A DNA stretch of 64,000 nt. Source: Candidatus Poseidoniaceae archaeon. GTDB taxonomy: Archaea > Thermoplasmatota > Poseidoniia > Poseidoniales > Poseidoniaceae. This document shows, in pieces, positions 55,738-64,000 of this stretch. The notes beneath the pieces are model-generated. The model saw only the letters and a list, made by a program, of their open reading frames with translations. It was not told where the DNA came from and did no database searches. The position numbers and the translations under genes are program-made. Position 1 is the first letter of the stretch; every line of letters begins with the position of its first letter. The stretch spans positions 2,454 to 66,453 of the forward strand of contig CALKGM010000014.1 of NCBI GenBank assembly GCA_938084675.1, given 5' to 3'.

Positions 55738-57597
55738 ATGACTATGGCGAGAGGACGTTCACATGGGCCGAAGGTTGACGTTATGGCGCCGGAAGACATT
55801 AACGAAGACACCCAAGTCCTCGGCAAACAAATTTGGAGAGTAGTCCCGTATGCCAAGAAATACCCTAAGCGTGTGATGACCGGCATTTTCGCTAATGCAG
55901 CAGCTCGTTTCTTCGATCTGATGCCCTTCGTCGCCATCGGTTTTGCAGTTGACTATTTTACTACCGACATGCTAGCAGGTCCTCAAATCGTACAAAACAC
56001 CGTCACGTTCATTCACAGCAACCCAGCGATAGGCTACGGACTTCTTGTTTTCTTTGGGTTCCTCTGCCTTGCGGTGTTCCAAGGAATCTCAGAATATGCC
56101 TGGCAGACCTTGGGATACAACATCCAGCACGATTTGCGAATGGATGCCACACGCTCACTCATCACTATGGAGGCATCGTACTATGATTTACGTCAAACCG
56201 GGCAAATTATGTCGGTATTGTCAAGCGATGTCAATCAACTGGAAGACGTCGTGTCGGACTCTTCAACCTCAATAATTCGAATTACCGTCACGTTTGCAAC
56301 AGCATTCGTTATTTTGGTTCTGATGTCTTGGAAACTTGCAGCAGTCTTGTTTGCTCCACTGTTCCTCATTATCCCCGGAGTGTACTGGTTTTCAACTCGA
56401 GTCCAGCGAAAATACCGGAAGCAACGAGAATCTACCGGAGACATCAACGCCGTTCTTGAAAACCTCATTTCTGGAATTTCAGTGGTCCAAGCATACAACG
56501 CTCAGGAATGGGAAGCAGACCGTGTTTCCCGAGAATCCGGAACCTATCGTGACCAAGCCATGGGTGCAAGCAAAGACAGGAATCGCTTCGTACCAATGAT
56601 TTACGCTATCGCGGGAATTGCATTCGGCCTCCTCGTTACAGCAGGTGGTTACCTTGCTGGTCAAGGTGAAATCACCACTGGACAACTTGTCACCTTCCTT
56701 CTCATCAGCACCCGCATGACCATGCCGATGTTCATCTTTGGAATTTTAGTCAACCAACTTCAGCGTGGAGAGGCAGCAGCACGCCGTGTCTTTGCAGCAG
56801 TTGACCTTGAACCAAAAATTATCGACGTTGAAGGGGCAGAGGAACTCGGAGAGCCAATTCGCACAATCGAATTCAAGGATGTATTCTTCACGTATCCCAA
56901 CACCAGTATCAAAGTCTTGAATGGAATTTCCTTCAAAGTATCTGGTGGAGAGTTTTTGGGCGTCATGGGCCATACCGGCGCAGGCAAAACGACCATCCTC
57001 AAACTCCTGATGCGATATTACACCCCAGACAGCGGACAAGTGTTGGTGAACGGGCGTCCGATTGCAGACTTCACCCTTGATTCAGTTCGTGAAGCAGTTG
57101 GCTTCGTAAGCCAGGACCCATTTCTCTTTTACGGAACCGTCAGAGACAACGTTGTTTACAATCAAACAGCGAGTGATGAGGAACTTAAGGAAGCGCTTTC
57201 TTTGGCCGGAGCATGGGAATTCGTACAAGAACTTGAAGACGGACTCAATACGATGGTCGGTGACCGTGGAGCAAAGCTCAGTGGTGGGCAACGTGCTCGG
57301 ATATCCCTTGCAAGGGCTCTTCTCAAAAACCCAAGCCTCTTGATTCTTGACGAAGCAAGCAGCGCTCTTGATGCGGAAACTGAACGGCGAATTCAAGAAA
57401 ACCTGCTTTCCTCCGGAACCGAACGTGCAACCATTGCAGTTGCTCACCGCCTCAGTACGATTCGCAACGCAAACGAAATTCTATCGATGGTTGACGGAGC
57501 GATTGTTGAGCGTGGGCTCCATGACGACCTTGTTGATTCTGGCGGAGTTTACGCCAGTCAATGGACCATCCAAACAGGCGATATGGCCGGGCTTTGA
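55738..57597 (+). CDS. ABC exporter, fused permease-ATPase (MsbA/ABCB-like half transporter)
   Basis: Six-TM N-terminal domain. Walker A GHTGAGKTT, signature LSGGQRARISLARAL and Walker B LLILDEASSALD. ORF trimmed to Met 55738. Confidence 0.85.
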   Translation: MTMARGRSHGPKVDVMAPEDINEDTQVLGKQIWRVVPYAKKYPKRVMTGIFANAAARFFDLMPFVAIGFAVDYFTTDMLAGPQIVQNTVTFIHSNPAIGYGLLVFFGFLCLAVFQGISEYAWQTLGYNIQHDLRMDATRSLITMEASYYDLRQTGQIMSVLSSDVNQLEDVVSDSSTSIIRITVTFATAFVILVLMSWKLAAVLFAPLFLIIPGVYWFSTRVQRKYRKQRESTGDINAVLENLISGISVVQAYNAQEWEADRVSRESGTYRDQAMGASKDRNRFVPMIYAIAGIAFGLLVTAGGYLAGQGEITTGQLVTFLLISTRMTMPMFIFGILVNQLQRGEAAARRVFAAVDLEPKIIDVEGAEELGEPIRTIEFKDVFFTYPNTSIKVLNGISFKVSGGEFLGVMGHTGAGKTTILKLLMRYYTPDSGQVLVNGRPIADFTLDSVREAVGFVSQDPFLFYGTVRDNVVYNQTASDEELKEALSLAGAWEFVQELEDGLNTMVGDRGAKLSGGQRARISLARALLKNPSLLILDEASSALDAETERRIQENLLSSGTERATIAVAHRLSTIRNANEILSMVDGAIVERGLHDDLVDSGGVYASQWTIQTGDMAGL

Positions 57598-57635
57598 AAT
57601 TCTGGATGTTGGTTTTATAATTAAATCCGGCCAGG

Positions 57636-58421
57636 ATGCGTCGTATGAAAACGTACATGCCGATTTACATCGTTGCCGTCGTTCTTGTATCTCAATGCCT
57701 CAATTCCTACTGGGACCCCGGTCTTGAACCGATTGGCTACGGCTGCGACCAACCAGCAGTTCGGGGGGTTGCTCTTTCATTTGATGATTCCATCAATCTT
57801 GGTGATTGGAACGATACCAGAGATTTTTTCTTGGACCATAACATCACTGCTACATTCTTCATTGACCGCTGGGGGCAACACTCCGAGGAACAACTCGACA
57901 TCATTCACGAGTTACATGAAGACGGCCATGAAATTGGCTTTCACAGTAAGAGTCATAAAAAATTCTCAGACTACATAATGGGCAATGAAACACCTGAATC
58001 ATACTATGAAGATCAGATTTTGCAAGGATATGCCCTCATGAATGAAGCAGGATACAATGGGACCTCGTTCGCATATCCACATGGAAGTCGAAATGCCGAG
58101 ATAGACGCGCTGATTCTGCAAAAATTATCAGTCTTACGAGGCACTCGTGGGAACGTAAACGGGGTGCAACCCTGGCTGACGACATGTGAAGACGGTAGTG
58201 TCTTCCGAGCCCTTTCACTCGATGTTCTCACTACACAACCCGAGCTTATTTTTGACGTGTTACCCGTCCATGAAAAAAATCAACAAACCTTACTTTTGTA
58301 CGGGCATGGGATTGGAAGTCACGCAGACGATTTGGACCTCAACGAGTTGAAACGTATTGTTGAGGTTATGGATGAGCACAACATTCCCTGGCTGAGTATG
58401 TCAGAACTCGGCGAGGCATAA
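57636..58421 (+). CDS. Polysaccharide deacetylase (CE4/NodB family), secreted
   Basis: GVALSFDDS, ATFFID, HEIGFHSKSH and AYPHGS are NodB homology motifs. An N-terminal signal/anchor is present. Confidence 0.7.
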   Translation: MRRMKTYMPIYIVAVVLVSQCLNSYWDPGLEPIGYGCDQPAVRGVALSFDDSINLGDWNDTRDFFLDHNITATFFIDRWGQHSEEQLDIIHELHEDGHEIGFHSKSHKKFSDYIMGNETPESYYEDQILQGYALMNEAGYNGTSFAYPHGSRNAEIDALILQKLSVLRGTRGNVNGVQPWLTTCEDGSVFRALSLDVLTTQPELIFDVLPVHEKNQQTLLLYGHGIGSHADDLDLNELKRIVEVMDEHNIPWLSMSELGEA

Positions 58422-58976
58422 TCAAGCCTTTTGCAATGCTTTGCGTAGGTTTGCAAGTGCAATCACAAGGACCGTGCATGACATCCATAGCGGCATCAAC
58501 GGTACAGTTTCATACGGAAGATGGAAGATGTCAAGAAGTGATTCCCCTCTTGAATAGGTCCCTCCGATTGATGCCGTAAGTAGAATTAGTCCGGATGCAG
58601 TCATTCCACCAAGGGCTTGTATGTCTCGGGTATACGCCTGCTCCCATATTTGCATGCCAGTGCTACGGCGGGTTGCAAGGACGCCTATGGCGAGTCCAAG
58701 TGATGCAGTTGAGAGCAGCATCTTGTTGACCAACAGAGGGTGGTCAATATCGCTTTGAGGGCCTGATTGGATACCGCTCAAGATAGCAAACGGCATAGCG
58801 AAAAGACCGAACAACAGTACCGCATGTGCAACAGTATCAAACGATGATAGTTTGGATTTGAGCCCAAAAATATCTCGACTAGCGAGTCCCGCTAGCAAAA
58901 AGCAGAGCCCCGCCATTGCAAAAGATCCAACGGTGAGTTCGGTGGTGACAACATGGAAGGTGTTGGACGACACCAT
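58422..58976 (-). CDS. Integral membrane protein (DUF2231-like?), last gene of a 3-gene operon
   Basis: 184 aa with 5-6 hydrophobic segments and conserved-looking His residues (FHVVTTE, VAHAVLLFG, IDHPLL). Its start shares 1 nt with the upstream stop. Confidence 0.4.
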   Translation of the reverse strand: MVSSNTFHVVTTELTVGSFAMAGLCFLLAGLASRDIFGLKSKLSSFDTVAHAVLLFGLFAMPFAILSGIQSGPQSDIDHPLLVNKMLLSTASLGLAIGVLATRRSTGMQIWEQAYTRDIQALGGMTASGLILLTASIGGTYSRGESLLDIFHLPYETVPLMPLWMSCTVLVIALANLRKALQKA

Positions 58977-59953
58977 CAGTATTCACCCCCGGGGGGAATG
59001 AGAAGTTCAGGTTGCTGTTTTGCTTTCTTCGTTCTACTCAGGGTTTTTTGTAGTGCCATGAATCCTGCCATGAGGGCAAAAAGCATCGCAATTGATTGAC
59101 CGTACACCAACGTATTGTCAACCTTCCAAGACGGTTCATCGCTACGAAGTTGGAACCATGGTGTCGTCTGATTTGGCCCTTCTCCTGCTAGAGTAGCGCG
59201 CCACTCGATCATGCTTGGCTGAATAGAAGTAGGTAGTTCAAACATCCAAACATTTTCTTCCATTTCCGTGGTATTGATGGTGGTCGTTTCTCCTCCATTT
59301 ATTCGCCACTCAACCTCCATGGCCGTAACGAACTCTGTCGGGGCAAGTATCGTCGTTATTTCTCCAATGTCACGTTGGTTTGGCGGGTTGAACGATTGTG
59401 CAAGACGGGGCAAGTTCTCAGGAACTTCACGAACACTGATGACGGTAGGTGCCTCACTGACGCCAAAATACGGTGCTTCATCACCGTTATCGTTTCCATG
59501 ATGAACTGCTGCGAAAAGGGTATAGGTGCCCACTTCAGGTGCCCTTAACGTCCAAGTGAGGTCGATTGAAGTCGTTCCAGCAGGAACCTTTGTCTCAAGG
59601 TAATTGAACGCCTCTCCTTCGCTGTTGGACACAATGTCCCAGCCTGCATCTGCAGGGGTATCTTGTGCGCCCGTGATATCGCTGAGTAAAAAGACGCCCA
59701 AAAGACCTGCTTGGGTGGTTTGAATGGACTCTATGTGAACGGTAACACTTGTGAGCAATCCTTCGTAAACGGCATCGGGGACGGCCAGGGAAATGACAGC
59801 GCTCGAACTTCGATTCATATCGGCGTCACCGTGGCATGCACCGCCACATTGTGCATCAAATTCGCCACCTCCGACTCCACTTGGATTGGCAGAACCTATG
59901 GTTGGTGCGATCAATAAAGCAGCGAGAAGAAGGGTCAATGCAATTCGGTTCAC
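58976..59953 (-). CDS. Secreted/C-terminally anchored protein with N-terminal CGGACH module
   Basis: Signal peptide, QCGGACHGD, then a beta-rich module ending AAVHHGNDNGDE. C-terminal TM SIAMLFALMAGFMAL. Overlaps the upstream gene by 4 nt. Confidence 0.45.
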   Translation of the reverse strand: MNRIALTLLLAALLIAPTIGSANPSGVGGGEFDAQCGGACHGDADMNRSSSAVISLAVPDAVYEGLLTSVTVHIESIQTTQAGLLGVFLLSDITGAQDTPADAGWDIVSNSEGEAFNYLETKVPAGTTSIDLTWTLRAPEVGTYTLFAAVHHGNDNGDEAPYFGVSEAPTVISVREVPENLPRLAQSFNPPNQRDIGEITTILAPTEFVTAMEVEWRINGGETTTINTTEMEENVWMFELPTSIQPSMIEWRATLAGEGPNQTTPWFQLRSDEPSWKVDNTLVYGQSIAMLFALMAGFMALQKTLSRTKKAKQQPELLIPPGGEY

Positions 59954-62454
59954 TGCACCTCACCTCTCCTCAAATAATGCGGCGCTAAGATAGCAATGCT
60001 GGCAAAAAGGATGAGAATACCCAGTGCAGTTCCAGCAGCTTGTGATGCCTGAGGTGCTTCTATGATTGGAACCTCAACCTCAGTCGAACCTTCTGATGTA
60101 CCGGCAATGAACGTGCGTTCATCATTCACGGGTTCTATGGCGTAGGCAATGGTTCCGGTAAGGGGCGGCGAATCAGTGAATTGGGTTTCGTTAACCGTAT
60201 CAATTCGTTCTCCGTTCCTCAACACGTTGTACTGGACGACATCTCCGTTCCAGTTCCAGGACAGGGTTACTTTGCCTCCACTTTCGATTATTTCGAGGCT
60301 ACTTACTCGGGGTCCGGCCTGAGGAATGATGTTGATTTGAGTGGTATTTTCTCCTCCGTATTCATCAATGACGGTAAGGGTGACTTGCGTGTTTCGTTCA
60401 AGGACGAACGAAAGCATGTCCCCATTTCCTGTTCCTTCAGCCCATTCCCATTGATATTGGGTGATCCTGCTGTCTGCATCAAAGGATTCGTCTGCACTGA
60501 GGTGCACTGTCTCCCCAAGCCATGTATCGGTTGAAACGAATCGTATGTCTGCCGTTGGAACTATATTTTCAACGGTGATTGAGCGCTCAACCGGAGTGCT
60601 GTTGACGGTTCCATCGCTGGCAACGATGACAAGGCTCCATTCTTGACCCGGCTCCATTCGTTGTTCGGAAAGAACTGTCATTCCGTCCATGCTGCTGTCA
60701 CGGAAGCCGTTCTTGAACCAGGAATAGACGAGACTCAAGTCGTCTTGGTCGCCATCTATGGCAGTTACGATAGGCGTCAATGGGACCAGTGAATTTACTT
60801 CACTCGGCCACTCAATACTCACGGATGGAACAGCGTTCAGGACTTCAACGACAGCCGTTTGCATGACGGTTTCCTCCACTGAATCAGAAATCTTGAGTTC
60901 TGCTGAAATCTCATCGCCACGGGCAAATGTCGAAGGAGGAAGCGTTAGGCCGGTTTCTCCTTCCAGCGGAATCCCATTGCGTTTCCAAGTGACCTCAACA
61001 ACCTCGATGGTATCTCCATCATCGTCCTGTGTTTCGTAAGTCAATTCAAATCCATCATCAACCGTGAAGGTGGGCGAAGTGAGATTTACTCCGATAATTG
61101 CTGGAGGGGTGTTTGCGATGGTTACCGGAGACGAAGATGCCCAAGACGACCAAGATGTGCCGTCAAACAAGCGAACTTCTCCAATCCATGATTCACCCTT
61201 CGTTGTCATGCTGCTGGGGAGGGTTACGAGTTCGTCTGCTTGCGAGTAAGCAAGACCGTCACGTAGCCAGCGAACGGAACGTTGAGTGATCGCATCTCCA
61301 TTTTCGTCAAATTCATCCCACGACATGGAAAGAGCGTCCGTTGTGTAGAAGGGGTCACTGCCGGTAATTTGGACATTACTTGAAAGAGGAGGAGTATTTG
61401 TTGCCGTCCCGATGATGATGTCTTCTGAGGTCATCCATGCAGACATCCCTTCGCCATCATCTGCCCGAACACGAACCTGCCAGACATCCCCGTCTCGTGT
61501 AGCTACGGAAGGGAGTGTTGTTGCATTGTTCAGTTCAGTTACCGCAGCACCGTTGAGAATCCATTGGTTTTCAGCAGTAAAATCATCGCCATCAGCATCG
61601 CTGATTTGGGAAGTATAGGTGATGTCCATGCTGTCACTAGGCGTTTGAGTTGAGACGACTGGAGTTGACACTGAGGGCAGTGTGTTGAGAATGGTTGTGG
61701 GGGATGATGTGACGGATTGGCCGGAATCGGTACCGTCAGATGGCGTCACTTCAACGGTCCAAGATTGATGTTTAGTGGTCTGCAAAGGCGAAACTTCAGG
61801 TCCGGTGATTGAGGGTACGAGAGTTCCATTGAGTCTCCATGAAAAAGTTGAGCCGCTTTCAGTATCTCCGTCGGGGTCGTTGAAGACGTACGATGCGACT
61901 AACGTATCCGAGGTTAATGGACTCAAAGGCGAAACAGCAAGATTCGATAGAGTGGGTGGTGTATTGGTTGAGGGTACCTCCGCAATAGAATAACTTGAGG
62001 TTCCAACAGCATCACCTGCTTTGTTTTGCTGTCCATTGGCGCCTAATACGGCCAGTGAGAGGGTCACAGAACCGGTGCCGGCGGAGGGCGCAGTCCAATC
62101 CACGCCCCACAATGTATCGGTCCACGTGGTGTGAGTTGCCGATGAGCCATCCGTGATGACCTGCGTATTTGAGGCGGGATTGGAGAAGGTTCCATCTGAA
62201 GCCTCAAGTGAGAATCCTCCGCCGTTATGGGTGGTTGAAATTCCAATAGAAAGAGTATAGGTTGCGCCAGGAGTATATTCTACGGGCTGACCGGAAAGTG
62301 TTGGAGTTAAGGTGCTGGATGAGGTATGACAACTGCATCCTGACGAAGAATTGTATTTTCCAGTCTTGTATCCGTCAACCGGGGCAAAGACAGCACTGGT
62401 CAGTAAAAACACGAGGAGAAGTGCAAACCCGTGCTTACGCATGGTGACATACAT
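59950..62454 (-). CDS. Large secreted repeat protein with N-terminal GCSCH module, Ig-like W-x-x-NG repeats and C-terminal TM anchor
   Basis: Signal peptide, SSGCSCHT...GGGFSLEASDG...WTAPSAGTGSVTLSLAVLGANGQQNKAGD. At least 5 repeats of ~95 aa follow (FSWRLNG, NQWILNG, VRWLRDG, VTWKRNG, YSWFKNG). TM ALGILILFASIAILA. Confidence 0.5.
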   Translation of the reverse strand: MYVTMRKHGFALLLVFLLTSAVFAPVDGYKTGKYNSSSGCSCHTSSSTLTPTLSGQPVEYTPGATYTLSIGISTTHNGGGFSLEASDGTFSNPASNTQVITDGSSATHTTWTDTLWGVDWTAPSAGTGSVTLSLAVLGANGQQNKAGDAVGTSSYSIAEVPSTNTPPTLSNLAVSPLSPLTSDTLVASYVFNDPDGDTESGSTFSWRLNGTLVPSITGPEVSPLQTTKHQSWTVEVTPSDGTDSGQSVTSSPTTILNTLPSVSTPVVSTQTPSDSMDITYTSQISDADGDDFTAENQWILNGAAVTELNNATTLPSVATRDGDVWQVRVRADDGEGMSAWMTSEDIIIGTATNTPPLSSNVQITGSDPFYTTDALSMSWDEFDENGDAITQRSVRWLRDGLAYSQADELVTLPSSMTTKGESWIGEVRLFDGTSWSSWASSSPVTIANTPPAIIGVNLTSPTFTVDDGFELTYETQDDDGDTIEVVEVTWKRNGIPLEGETGLTLPPSTFARGDEISAELKISDSVEETVMQTAVVEVLNAVPSVSIEWPSEVNSLVPLTPIVTAIDGDQDDLSLVYSWFKNGFRDSSMDGMTVLSEQRMEPGQEWSLVIVASDGTVNSTPVERSITVENIVPTADIRFVSTDTWLGETVHLSADESFDADSRITQYQWEWAEGTGNGDMLSFVLERNTQVTLTVIDEYGGENTTQINIIPQAGPRVSSLEIIESGGKVTLSWNWNGDVVQYNVLRNGERIDTVNETQFTDSPPLTGTIAYAIEPVNDERTFIAGTSEGSTEVEVPIIEAPQASQAAGTALGILILFASIAILAPHYLRRGEVQ

Positions 62455-62494
62455 CAGTCGTGATTATTTCACTGTTCGTCTCAATAGGTTAAAT

Positions 62495-62785
62495 CTACGG
62501 CGTGTTTTCTTCTTCCTCGTCTATGTTGAAACGGTCTCCAAACAAAAGGCCGAGTGACATCAAAACAAAGAGTGGGATGCCTACAATCAGCGCCCAAATT
62601 CCAACTGTTAACCCTTTGACGTATGTGTCATCAAAAATTTCTCCTACGAGGATAATGAGGAGAACCAAGGTGATGCGAGCGAGGATCAAAATTGGGCGAA
62701 CTGAGTGCCATATGGCTTCAACATCATCCCGTTCATCAGGGGTGTCAAGAGCAGAGATGCGTTCAGCGATTGATGCCCTGCCCAT
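62495..62785 (-). CDS. Small membrane protein (96 aa)
   Basis: Two hydrophobic segments and an acidic C-terminus. No motif. Confidence 0.3.
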   Translation of the reverse strand: MGRASIAERISALDTPDERDDVEAIWHSVRPILILARITLVLLIILVGEIFDDTYVKGLTVGIWALIVGIPLFVLMSLGLLFGDRFNIDEEEENTP

Positions 62786-62878
62786 AGTAGCGAAACCATC
62801 TGTTCAACAAATAGAGGTTCTGCTCTCACCCAAGACCGCCGCTAAGGTTTCTCCAGCAGGTGTGTGTTGTCGTGGGGT

Positions 62879-63991
62879 TCACGCAGTCCGAACACGGTCA
62901 TCGATTTGAGCGCCTTCGCCTGCTCGCCCGCCAGTGCGACGGATTTCACGCCATGCCTTGATGACGCCCTGGCCGTATGCCCATTGGGCGAGGAACACAA
63001 AGAGTGGAGCAAGGAAGACCGTTCCAACTGAGCGATGAGGTGAAGTGCCGATAGCGGCGCCCAGCCATGAAATTCCGATGTAGAGGCAAATTAAGCCCAG
63101 CGGGATGTGGAAGGCGACGCGAGAGATGTCCCACGCTCCACCCAAGGAAAACCACAAGTCTGCCTCTGCTCCGCCGGTGGCTGCTCCAAAGAGCATGGCG
63201 AGAAGAGCTGCTGCGACGATGGCGGGGAAGAATCCGATAGCGGTGTGTGACCAAGAAGAGATTTCCGGCCAGCGCTTGTTGGCAACCATACGAGTATAGC
63301 CGTAGTTACGCATCTGCTTCATGTACGGTTTGAATGGGCGTCGACGACGATGTGGCATAACGTTGGACGGGTCGATGAAGAGTTTGTGGCCGGCTCGCTG
63401 AATCTTTGCATCCAAGACGACATCTTCTGCTCCGATACAGCCTTCTTCAAAGAAACCAACTTCTCTTAGATTCGCCATCCGGTGAGCGCAATTGACGCCG
63501 GGATTGTGAGTGATAGGAACGAGTTCCCCTTTTGGTTGTGCTCCGTATCGGGTTCCTGCGGTCATGAATTTTGTACAGAACGCTACATCAGCACATTTTG
63601 CACCAAACGGGTCGTCATCTGGAGCAAAATTTGGGCCTCCGACCGCACCGACATCGGGATTGTCAAACCAGCGAATCAATTTCTCTACCCAATCAAGAGG
63701 CGGAACCGTGTCGTCGTCGGTGAAGAGAACCAAATCATGGTCCATCTGATTGAGTGCGAAGTTGCATGCATCTGCACGATTACGAGAAGGGTCTTCAATC
63801 CAAGTTGCACCGTGCTTTTCACACACTTCTCTGGTGTGGTCCTTTGATTTTGAATCAGAAATGATGATTTCAAAGTGCGGATAGGTCTGTTTGCCGAGTC
63901 GCCCGAGGACGATGTCAAGTTCATCTGCGTTGTTGATCGTAGGAATCAGGATTGCCGTTTTGAACGGCGTTCCGTCTTCTTTGTTCAGCAC
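62879..63991 (-). CDS. Family 2 glycosyltransferase with C-terminal membrane domain (start uncertain, frame open to window end)
   Basis: AILIPTINNADELD...FEIIISDSKSKD...LFTDDDTVPP...GAEDVVLD are GT-A motifs. Hydrophobic C-terminal third. The GTG at 63991 has no upstream stop inside the window. Confidence 0.7.
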   Translation of the reverse strand: MLNKEDGTPFKTAILIPTINNADELDIVLGRLGKQTYPHFEIIISDSKSKDHTREVCEKHGATWIEDPSRNRADACNFALNQMDHDLVLFTDDDTVPPLDWVEKLIRWFDNPDVGAVGGPNFAPDDDPFGAKCADVAFCTKFMTAGTRYGAQPKGELVPITHNPGVNCAHRMANLREVGFFEEGCIGAEDVVLDAKIQRAGHKLFIDPSNVMPHRRRRPFKPYMKQMRNYGYTRMVANKRWPEISSWSHTAIGFFPAIVAAALLAMLFGAATGGAEADLWFSLGGAWDISRVAFHIPLGLICLYIGISWLGAAIGTSPHRSVGTVFLAPLFVFLAQWAYGQGVIKAWREIRRTGGRAGEGAQIDDRVRTA

Positions 63992-64000
63992 CGGAACAAG

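Noticed and set aside
58976-62454. c-type cytochrome (heme-binding) interpretation of the CGGACH and GCSCH motifs.
   Set aside because: Canonical covalent heme attachment needs CXXCH. These motifs are CX3CH and CX1CH, each occurs once per protein, and no cytochrome maturation genes are nearby. They are reported only as a Cys/His module of unknown function.

Overview
This 64 kb window is densely coding chromosomal DNA that looks archaeal. It carries Orc1/Cdc6, CDP-archaeol synthase, an HTH_10 regulator, archaeal-type CoA biosynthesis genes, a DhnA-type aldolase and a TBP-fold protein. The many giant secreted proteins and peptidases suggest a marine planktonic euryarchaeote, but that is inference only. 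I recognised no rRNA, CRISPR array, transposase or integrase, and found one tRNA, tRNA-Gly(UCC). Gene content from start to end: a CoA-thioester and beta-oxidation-like block, molybdopterin and gluconeogenesis genes, an orphan wHTH gene pair, and a PPAT-DPCK fusion. These are followed by Orc1/Cdc6 with ORB-like motifs, biotin carboxylase, and very large membrane-anchored surface proteins. The window ends with an S8 protease carrying about 20 Ca-binding-type repeats, an ABC exporter and glycosyltransferases. The standout is the co-directional operon fabI, a 2934-aa type I FAS/PKS-like megasynthase (KS-AT-[ACP-like]-KS-ACPx3-KR-DH), and an Sfp-type PPTase at 35108..45484. This is an ACP-dependent acyl-chain assembly line in an archaeal context. 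All three of its tandem carrier domains have Thr where the phosphopantetheinylated Ser normally sits. A GC-rich, ORF-poor 360-nt spacer with nested helices at 12647..13008 is a candidate for an unclassified structured RNA.
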